From Octopus sinensis (lineage: Eukaryota), in the NCBI RefSeq assembly GCF_006345805.1, contig NW_021826383.1, positions 1 to 12,989 on the forward strand: a stretch of 12,989 nucleotides of DNA, read 5' to 3'. Positions within the stretch are counted from its first letter, which is position 1. The number at the start of each line of letters is the position of its first letter. The position numbers were made by a program, and so were the translations under genes. Below, one piece after another: positions 1 to 7,824 of the stretch. Below the pieces are notes generated by a model. That model saw nothing but the letters and a program-made list of their open reading frames with translations, was not told where the DNA came from and ran no database searches.

Positions 1-270
1 CATACATACATGCATACATATGTGTCTGTGAGTGAGAGACTGTTTATGTGTGTGTTTGTATGCCATAATCCGCGCCACAGCTTCCAGTGCCATCCTCATC
101 ACACACCTCTTCTACTACCCCCGCCCATCCCACCACTACTACTACTACTACCGTTCCTAATTACCAATCTGTTTTAATTACCTTTCAATTCTTTATTGCT
201 AATTCTTTAGAATTCCGAAAATGTATTTTAATTCCCAAAGTTTTTTTCTTTTTGAAATATTGGTGTGTGG

Positions 271-307
271 GCATGTGTGTGTGTGTGTGTGTTTATGTGT
301 GTGTATA

Positions 308-340
<33 letters not shown>

Positions 341-1105
341 TTATGTGTGTGTATATGTGTTTATGTGTGTGTATGTGTGTGTGTATGCGTGTGTGTGTTT
401 ATGTGTGTGTATATGTGTGTGTATATGTGTTTATGTGTGTGTATGTGTGTGTGTGTGCGTGTGTGTGTTTATGTGTGTGTATATGTGTGTATATGTGTTT
501 ATGTGTGTGTATGTGTGTGTATGCGTGTGTGTGTTTATGTGTGTGTATATGTGTGTGTATATGTGTTTATGTGTGTGTATGTGTGTGTATATGTGTGTGT
601 GCGTGTGTGTGTGCTCGTATGTATCATCGAGTGCACGTGCATATGTGTATGCGTGTCTAAAGATATTTTCTGCGTATAATACTTGTGTATGTGTATTTTG
701 ATGTATAGCGTTTCTTTGTGTGTGGTTAGAATGTGTGTGTGTGTGTGCACGCGTGCGAGCGCCTATATATATATATATGCGTGCGTTGTAGCGAACTGCA
801 TTTAGTGTGTATTTTCGTATACAAGAATCCATATTCATAAACTTTCTTTGTGTATGTGCGTGTGCATGTGTGTGTGTGTGTGCATGTATGTATCTGTGTG
901 TGTGTGTATGAGCGTATGTGTGTGCTTGTGTGTGTGTCTGTGTGCGTCTGTGTGCGCATACTTTTTGTGTGTATAAGATAATTTTGTAACTGTGTAGTGT
1001 TTTTGCATAAAGCGAGAACCCGTGTCTCGAAATTGTCTTTATGCATGGTGTTGGTATACGTGCTTGTCTGTACGTAGTATACATATAAGTGTGTAAAGTC
1101 TGTAG

Positions 1106-1146
<41 letters not shown>
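271..1146. repeat. Complex (TG)n-rich microsatellite field with a 66-78 bp higher-order unit in its first part
   Basis: Interrupted TG runs with recurring TTTATG, TATATG and GCGT variants. GCGT anchors at 387, 457, 523 and 601. Short (TA)n near 765 and pure (GT)n at about 1108-1146. Confidence 0.95.
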
Positions 1147-1149
<3 letters not shown>

Positions 1150-1704
1150 CTCTGCCAATCTGAGTAGACTGTTGGCATTTTCAAATGAAACAATCCTCCC
1201 TGTATCGGCTTGGCTAACTAAATATCGCAGCCAATGGACTCATTGAATTTCATAGTCCATTACCTATGGACTATGAAAGATAAAACGATAAAGATAAAAC
1301 GAGATATTCGCAACAGGATCACTTGGAGATCCTATTTGGACTTTAAAAAAAGCAACAGTATCTGAGTTCTTTCTGTAGTTTTTATGGTGTCAAAATAGCT
1401 TTATTAGTAGCGCTTTATTAGCTCTTTTCTAAAGGATTCTGAAATTGGGGGTAAGAAGTCTGGAAGTTACTCTTAGACCAGAAAATCAGCCTGAATACTT
1501 ATAAGGGATCAAATTCCGCCACAGATTCCTACGGTCCACATGGTGATTTAATATAGGACGATCTTCCTCGGCTGGTACAATATATCTCGATTTCAGCCGC
1601 GCGAAGGGCAAAATTCACTTCGGCGCGATGTAAACACAAAGCTCAGAGGGAAGAAGCAAATACTGTAAACTTGCGACCTTGGTTGTTTATAAATTTTCTG
1701 TTGG

Positions 1705-1809
1705 GTTAGAATATCTTCGCGGTATTCATTTCAGGCCTCTGTGTTCTGCGTTCAACTCTCGCCGAAGTAAATTAAGCTTTTCATCTTTCGGGGTTGATAA
1801 ATCAAGTGC
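1705..1809 (+). mobile_element. Degenerate fragment of SINE family B (B-box plus central domain)
   Basis: GCGGTATT...GTTCTGCGTTCAACTCTCGCCGAAGTAAATTAAGCTTTTCATCTTTCGGGGTTGATAAATCAAGTGC aligns by eye to the reverse complement of the 9111-9638 units (GTATTTCG...GTTCTGAGTTCAAATTCCGCCGAGG...TTTCATCCTTTCGGG..GATAAATTAAGTAC). Confidence 0.7.
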
Positions 1810-1895
1810 TAAGATCGATTTTGCTTTACACATCTCTGAGTGTATGTCTGTGTGTATGTATATGTGAAACAGTAACTCTTGCAGTTGTTATTTCG

Positions 1896-1988
1896 TTACA
1901 GCTGGCCCCGATTGATGGTCAAGCTCCCTCGTGACCATTTTCCTCTATTTTCGTCTGAATGTTGGAATGTATTGCCAAATGTCGCCAT
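1896..1988 (-). CDS. Possible first coding exon or short ORF, MATFGNTFQHSDENRGKWSRGSLTINRGQ(L*); product unknown
   Basis: ATG in AAGATGGCG context, in unique non-repetitive sequence next to a CRE. 30 sense codons. A weak donor CT|GTAACG (GT at 1899-1898) lies just before the stop. No downstream exon identified. Confidence 0.3.
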   Translation of the reverse strand: MATFGNTFQHSDENRGKWSRGSLTINRGQL

Positions 1989-2050
1989 CTTCTGAGGGCT
2001 GCGATTTTCAAGAGATTTCGCTGCTATTTCTGGCAGATCAAGTGACGTCA
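1983..2050. promoter_or_regulatory. Candidate promoter core: YY1-like AAGATGGCG (minus strand, 1991-1983) and perfect CRE palindrome TGACGTCA (2043-2050)
   Basis: Exact motif matches within a CpG-containing unique region. Short motifs can occur by chance. Confidence 0.4.
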
Positions 2051-2621
2051 TAAAAGACTCCCAATGAATGCACGCAAAGAAGTAAGGAATAACTTTATTT
2101 CTGTCTGTAACTGTTTGATTTCACATGTTTGTATTCAACTGTATGGACTGTTATAAACTGTGTCTGTGAAATGGTTTATTTGTATGTGTATATGCTTGTA
2201 TATATGTGATTGTATGCGTGTGTTTGTGTGTATGAGAGAGAAAGAATGGGACAGAAGTTAAAGACCTTGCCCATATATATATGCGTAAGAGTTCGCTTGC
2301 GATTAAAATTGTTTGCGTGCGTTGCAATGCGAGTCGACTGCTGTGCTTTGTACGTCTACTACGAGTGTCTCTCTCTCTCAATAAACGAGTATGCGTCTGT
2401 AAGCTCATAATAGTGTTTATGTCTTTGAGACACAATATCGTAGCGTACGAGTGTGTCTTTATGGTGCTAAAAGCCTTTCTTCGTCAAAGTGTATATGAAT
2501 TACTTTATTACTGTTATTTAACGAAATAAAAACAGAACTAAATCTGCTTACAATACAAAATCCATATTAGAAATTATTTCTCTTATTTAATACTTTCACA
2601 TTAACTTTTTAATTGTTTGGA

Positions 2622-2631
2622 CAAAATGGCG
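2622..2631 (+). promoter_or_regulatory. YY1-like motif CAAAATGGCG pointing away from the 1983-1991 motif
   Basis: Matches the YY1 (A/C)AAATGGCG-type core. The ORF from its ATG is only 21 codons. Confidence 0.25.
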
Positions 2632-2705
2632 TCTAACATCGCCAGATTTTCATTTTACTTTTTTCTTTTAAATTTTGCATACAAACTTTAATCTCTACTT
2701 TAACT

Positions 2706-2753
2706 TTTATTGTTGTTGTTTTCGTTGTTGTCCTTCGTGCTTTTTCGTCGTCG

Positions 2754-2784
<31 letters not shown>

Positions 2785-2933
2785 TATTATTATCCATTGT
2801 CGTTGTCATCATCATCATCGTCATCATCACTTTTCTTCACATTTTTCTTCTCATTCTGCATCAACCTCTACTTTTCCGTCATATTCTTCTTCTTCTTCTT
2901 CTTCTCTACTGCTACTACCAGCACTGTCACTAC

Positions 2934-3007
<74 letters not shown>

Positions 3008-3031
3008 TAATAAAAACAACAACAACAATAA
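2706..3031. repeat. Cluster of trinucleotide microsatellites: (TGT)n, (TCG/TCA)n, (TCT)n, (AAT)n, (AAC)n
   Basis: Consecutive triplet runs read directly; longest are (TCA)n at about 2752-2783 and (AAT)n at about 2935-3003. Confidence 0.95.
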
Positions 3032-3060
3032 TAAACCTTTCTACCATAGGCAAAAGACGA

Positions 3061-3159
3061 AGAATTTGGGGAGAGAGGGATAGTTGATTACATCGACCCC
3101 GGTGTTTCACTGGTTCTTAATTTATCGACCTCGAAAGGATGAAAGGCAAAGTCGACCTC
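3061..3159 (-). mobile_element. 3' fragment of SINE family B
   Basis: GATTACATCGACCCCGGTGTTTCACTGGTTCTTAATTTATCGACCTCGAAAGGATGAAAGGCAAAGTCGACCTC closely matches 9113-9186 and the other array units. Confidence 0.9.
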
Positions 3160-3457
3160 TATTTTTCTATTTGTTGCTCTTCTCGGCATTGTTCTCCATC
3201 TTCCACTTCTTTACCTCTTCCTCCTCCCCCTCCTATAGACGTTTCTTTCTGAATTTACTTGGCGCTTCAAAAGAGTATAACTAAAAGAAGAGTCTGATGC
3301 ATATCGCACATTATAAGTGTCACGACAGTTTCCCAGTCTCCGCCTTATTTTGACCCGACGGGGCTCATCTCATTGCTCCCGCTCCATATTTGCTGCTGAA
3401 AAATAATCTTTGGTCAACATCAAAAAGTTCATGCATATACATGATTATATGTGTATG

Positions 3458-3502
3458 TCGTGGGCACTCCGTCGATTGCGACGACGTGGGTTTCCAGTTG
3501 AT
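3458..3502 (+). mobile_element. Short fragment of a probable third interspersed repeat family, abutting the SINE at 3505
   Basis: TCGTGGGCACTCCGTCGATTGCGACGACGTGGGTTTCCAGTTGAT replaces the SINE head. I recall it as the start of another abundant octopus repeat. There is no second copy in the window to confirm this. Confidence 0.4.
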
Positions 3503-3504
3503 TC

Positions 3505-3637
3505 ACAACCATATGGATCCGGATTCAGTCCAACTGAGTGGCACTTTCGGCAAATGTCTTCTACTATAGCCTCAGGCTGACCCAAGCCTTGTGAGTGGAT
3601 TTGGTAGACGGAAACTGAAAGAAGCTTGTCGTATACG

Positions 3638-3669
<32 letters not shown>

Positions 3670-3880
3670 TATATATATGTATATGTTTGTGTGTTTCTGA
3701 TTGTCGCTTGACAACCGATGTTGGTGTGTTTACGTGCCCGTAAAAATAGTGGATCGGAAAAGAGACCGATAGAATAAGTATTAAGCTTACAAAGAATAAG
3801 TACTGGAGTCCATTTGTTCGACTAAAGGCCATGCTCCAGCATAGCCGCCAGTCAAATGACTGCAAGAAATAAAAGAACAA
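3505..3880 (+). mobile_element. CORE-type tRNA-derived SINE (family A, OR1/OR2-like), lacking its A-box head
   Basis: Colinear with 7391-7791: degenerate B-box GGATTCAGTCC, CORE-like GGCACTTTCGGCAAATGTCTT, internal (CA)n/(TA)n at 3632-3690, 3' half ending CAGTCAAATGACTG...AATAAAAGAA. Confidence 0.92.
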
Positions 3881-3907
3881 AATAATATACCCATATAGAT
3901 ATTTAAC

Positions 3908-4030
3908 ACCAAATCCACTCACCAGGCCTTGGTCGGCCCGAGGCTACATAAGATAACACTTGCCAAGGTGTCATGCAGTGGGACTGAACCCGGCACCATG
4001 TGGTTTGGAATCAGCTTCTTACCACACAGC
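3908..4030 (-). mobile_element. Family A SINE, 5' part only, inverted relative to 3505-3880
   Basis: ACCAAATCCACTCACCAGG...CACTTGCCAAGGTGTCATGCAGTGGGACTGAACCCGGCACCATGTGG...TTACCACACAGC is the reverse complement of the family A 5' half. Confidence 0.92.
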
Positions 4031-4033
4031 AGG

Positions 4034-4035
<2 letters not shown>

Positions 4036-4072
<37 letters not shown>

Positions 4073-4416
4073 TATGTATCTTTATTTCCGTGTATATATG
4101 CGTCTGTGTGAATGTGAGTCTGTGCGATTGTAAGTGTATGTGTGGGTGTGTGTTGTGTGTTGTGTGTGCGTGCGCGCGTATGAATGAGTGTGTGAGTATA
4201 CGTATCTCTATATGTACATAAGTGTTGGACATCTGTTTAAAAAATGCAATGTTAAAGAATTTTCTTGCAAATAAATATAGCAGAAAAGTCTTTACTCACT
4301 CCCAATGCGCACGGATATGCATGTCTGTCAATATGCAAATCTATATGCATTTTTCTATCTACCAATCCATCTATCTGTCAATACATACATACATACTACA
4401 TACATACATACATACG

Positions 4417-4451
<35 letters not shown>

Positions 4452-4605
4452 GTATATGTAATATAAGTATATATGTATGTATGCATATATATGTTCTTTC
4501 ATACATATATATACCTACATACAGACACACTCACACATACATAAACTCTCACACGCGCGCACATGCGCTCACACACACACACATACATAGTTGTATGTTA
4601 ATACA
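4036..4605. repeat. Mixed (CA)n, (TG)n, (CATA)n and (TA)n low-complexity tract
   Basis: (CA)n at 4036-4069, TG-rich to about 4215, CATA/TA runs at 4380-4600. Confidence 0.9.
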
Positions 4606-4974
4606 TATATATTTCATTTCACTCCAAAAGTGAAACGTAAAAAAATTGTTAAAATGAGTAAATGCACCAAAAGAAAAAATCCATGACGCGGCAACCGACA
4701 AGAAGCAAGTCTCTCACCCATTCTTCGACGAAAAAATGGATCCACGAGCAGTAAAAAAAAAAAAGGCCCAAAGAAAAGCAGTCAATGCTTTATAATGGAA
4801 TTGAAGTTGTGAAGTAATAAAACATTATTTGGGGTGGGGAAGAAAGAAGAGAAATAATGAGGAGAGTTGAGAAGAAACGAAATAAAGAATAAGGGAGAGA
4901 GTAAGAGAGGGAAAACAAAAGGGAGAGGAGGGCTGAGGTAGACAGAGTGATAGATAAATGGAGATTAAATGAAT

Positions 4975-5106
4975 ATATAAATAGATAGACAGATAGAGAG
5001 GGGGAGAGAGAGTCAGACAGTCAGACAGTGTAAGACAGATAGATAGATGGAATGGAACGTACGTACACGCACACACACACACACACACACGCACACACAC
5101 ATACAT

Positions 5107-5138
<32 letters not shown>

Positions 5139-5238
5139 ACACACTTACATACATATACAAACAGAGAGAAACAGATAGAGAGAAAGAGCTTGATAGATAG
5201 ATGGATGAATAGATGGATAGAAAGATAGACAGACAGAT

Positions 5239-5301
<63 letters not shown>

Positions 5302-5334
5302 TAGATAGATAGATAGATAGATAGGTAGATAGAC

Positions 5335-5377
<43 letters not shown>

Positions 5378-5448
5378 TAGATAGATAGACAGATAGATAG
5401 ATAGATAGATAGACAGATAGATAGATAGATAGACAGATGGAGATAGAG

Positions 5449-5491
<43 letters not shown>

Positions 5492-5515
5492 CAGACGACA
5501 GACAGACAGCTTGAC
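4975..5515. repeat. (GATA)n/(GACA)n compound tetranucleotide satellite with (CA)n and (GA)n inserts
   Basis: Long GATA and GACA runs at about 5185-5510; (CA)n at about 5070-5140; (GA)n at about 5280-5300. Confidence 0.95.
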
Positions 5516-6144
5516 AGATAAGGAGAGTGTAAGAGGCAAGAGTAATGGAGTATGAGAGATAACGAGGACGCGCTAAGTTATTGCGTTTTTAAAAAATGCG
5601 TTCAAGTGGGACGGAGCAAAAGATAGCACACACACACACACGTGTGTGTGTGCGCGCGCTCATGCCCACACATATTTATCTATATATACCCCTGTTCGTC
5701 TATATACATGTCTTGCAAACACAGATATTTGTAGAAAAGGTATAAAATCGAAAAGTTGTAGAGATTAAGTAAAAAACAAACAAGGGGGTTTGGTTAAGGA
5801 AGAGGAAGAAAAAAGCGAAGAAAAAGTAATTCAAGAGGGAAAAAAGGGGTTCGGTGATGTGATTTGATCTTGTCTACGGCAGAAAACGGAAATAAGGCAA
5901 TGGACAATAGAAACCCACACATATATGCATACATGCATAAATATATGTGTGTGTGCGTGCGTGTGCGTTTGCATTTCTTATAGAAATGCAAACGCACACG
6001 TACGCACCTGTACACACACACATATGCTTTTGTACAAGCATGTATATACATATATATATATATATATAGTATTATATACGCTTATACGTATATTCTTGTA
6101 TATATGCCTATATATAACTATATATACAAATATGTTAAACATTA

Positions 6145-6330
6145 TTTTATTCTTTTATTTGTTTCAGAATTTTGACTGCAGCCAGGCTGGAGCACCGCCT
6201 TTACGCGAACAAATCGACCCCGGGACTTATTCTTTGTAAGCCTGGTACTTATGTTATCCGTCACTTTGCCGAACAACTAAGTTACGGGAACGTACGCACT
6301 CTAAATTCGATGGTGGTATGACAAACACAC
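6145..6330 (-). mobile_element. Family A SINE 3' half (left piece of a split minus-strand copy)
   Basis: TTTTATTCTTTTATTTGTTTCAG...TTTGACTGCAGCCAGGCTGGAGCACCGCCTTTA...AAATCGACCCCGGGACTTATTCTTTGTAAGCC...TTGCCGAAC...AAGTTACGGG is the reverse complement of 7600-7791. Confidence 0.9.
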
Positions 6331-6427
6331 ACACAACACACACACACACACACACACACGCACGCACGCACACACACACACAACACACACACACACACAC
6401 ACACACAGACACACACATATATATATA

Positions 6428-6642
6428 TGTGACCTCGTGAGCACCGCCAGCTATTTTTTTCCTCTGTCTTCCCTTCTCGGGATCTTTCCTTCTCCTTTGT
6501 TTCCGACGAAGAGCTCCGCCCGAAACGTTAAACCCTCCTTCCCTCTTCCTGAGCGTCAAATAATACTTTAATTGTTCCACGTCCTCGCGTATGTGCTGTG
6601 TGATTTATTCTGTGTATATATTCTATGTTATGGATATTAACT
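6428..6642 (+). mobile_element. Short non-autonomous element carrying a hammerhead-like motif (Penelope-terminus or retrozyme-like), copy 1
   Basis: Colinear inverted homolog at 12456-12697, sharing both ends (TGTGACCTCGTG... and ...GGAT(AT)TAACT). Flanked by (CA)/(TA) microsatellites on both sides. Confidence 0.8.
6499..6533 (+). ncRNA. Minimal type-I hammerhead-ribozyme-like motif, variant core CCGACGA (copy 1)
   Basis: GTTT-CCGACGA-A-GAGC-TCC-GCCC-GAAA-CGTT-AAAC. Stem I is GTTT/AAAC. Stem II is GAGC/GCCC with one A-C mismatch. GAAA is followed by the palindromic ACGT stem III. Putative cleavage triplet GUU. Confidence 0.55.
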
Positions 6643-6663
6643 ATATATATATTATATATATAT

Positions 6664-6706
<43 letters not shown>

Positions 6707-6762
6707 CTATATATACATATATACTATATATACATATATATATAGATATATGTATATATATA

Positions 6763-6821
<59 letters not shown>

Positions 6822-6855
6822 ATATATATATAATATATAATCATATATATACATA

Positions 6856-6909
<54 letters not shown>

Positions 6910-6912
6910 ACC

Positions 6913-6976
<64 letters not shown>
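6643..6976. repeat. Long interrupted (TA)n microsatellite
   Basis: About 330 bp of near-pure TA. Confidence 0.97.
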
Positions 6977-6979
<3 letters not shown>

Positions 6980-6981
6980 CA

Positions 6982-7120
6982 AGGGCTTCTTCGAGTTTCC
7001 AAATCCACTCAGAAGGAGCTTTGGTCGACTGAGGCTATAGTGGAAAACACTTGCCCAAGGTGTCCCGCAGTGGGACTGAAACAGGAAGCATGTGGTTGGG
7101 AAACAAGCCGCGCCTGCGCC
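6982..7120 (-). mobile_element. Family A SINE 5' half with an A-box deletion (right piece of the copy starting at 6145)
   Basis: GGGCTTCTT...CCAAATCCACTC...GAGGCTATAG...ACACTTGCCCAAGGTGTCCCGCAGTGGGACTGAA...CCTGCGCC. The minus strand starts GGCGCAGG as at 7391, but lacks AGTGGCTGTGTGGTAAG. Confidence 0.88.
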
Positions 7121-7133
7121 TTTATATTAATTG

Positions 7134-7312
7134 TTATCCTTTTACCCCTTTTGACTGCGGCCATGTTGGAGCACTGCCTCGAAGGGTTGGTTAGTGGAAC
7201 AAATCGACCCCAGGACTTTTATTTTTTTAAGGCTTATTTTATCGGGATCTTTTGCCGAACTGCTAGAATACAGGGCCATAAACACATTAATACTGGGGCG
7301 GGAGATAAACAC
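7134..7312 (-). mobile_element. Diverged family A SINE 3' half (left piece of a second split minus-strand copy)
   Basis: TTTGACTGCGGCCATGTTGGAGCACTGCC...AACAAATCGACCCCAGGACTT...TTTTGCCGAACTGCTA...ATAAACAC is the reverse complement of the family A 3' half. Confidence 0.85.
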
Positions 7313-7390
7313 AGATACAAATACACGCACATACACATAGATACAGTATACATATACATATATATATATTATATACATTATATATTATAA

Positions 7391-7791
7391 GGCGCAGGAG
7401 TGGCTGTGTGGTAAGTAGCTTGTTTACCAACCACATGGTTCCGGGTTCAGTCCCACTGCGTGGCACCTTGGGCAAGTGTCTTCTACTATAGCCTCGGGCC
7501 GACCAAAGCCTGGTGAGTGGATTTGGTAGACGGAAACTGAAAGAAGCCCGTCGTATATATGTATATATATATATATATGCGTGTGTGTGTTTGTCCCCCT
7601 AGCATCGCTTGACAACCGATGCTGGTGTGTTTATGTCCCCGTTACTTAGCGGTTCGGCAAAAGAGACCGATAGAATAAGTACTGGGCTTACAAAAGAATA
7701 AGTCCCGGGGTTGAGTTGCTCGATTAAAGGCGGTGCTCCGGCATGGCCGCAGTCAAATGACTGAAACAAGTAAAAGACTAAAGAATAAAGA
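7391..7791 (+). mobile_element. Full-length CORE-type tRNA-derived SINE (family A, OR1/OR2-like)
   Basis: Starts GGCGCAGGAG. Pol III A-box TGGCTGTGTGG at 7401-7411, B-box GGTTCAGTCCC at 7444-7454, CORE-like GGCACCTTGGGCAAGTGTCTT at 7462-7482. Internal (TA)/(TG) at 7553-7592 and an AAAGA-type tail. Confidence 0.95.
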
Positions 7792-7792
7792 G

Positions 7793-7822
<30 letters not shown>

Positions 7823-7824
<2 letters not shown>

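Noticed and set aside
87-1193. Long ORFs of 131-217 aa rich in VC/YM or HT
   Set aside because: Direct translations of the (TG)n field, which lacks stop codons. No domain content.
1234-1365. 43-aa ORF MDSLNFIVHYLW...
   Set aside because: Short, no recognisable family, and partly built from the local inverted and tandem repeats.
1505-1524. CAAATTCCGCC matching the family B B-box region
   Set aside because: Only about 11 nt of identity with no flanking homology.
2633-3110. ORFs with poly-His, Asp, Ile, Asn and Ser runs
   Set aside because: Translations of trinucleotide microsatellites, open in several frames on both strands.
4621-4764. Short basic peptides (TPKVKRKKIVK..., MTRQPTRSK...) and a minus-strand GG|GTGAGA donor
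   Set aside because: Under 25 codons, no recognisable homology and no consistent exon boundaries.
4825-5539. ORFs with (IYLS)n and (VCLS)n
   Set aside because: (GATA)n/(GACA)n translations.
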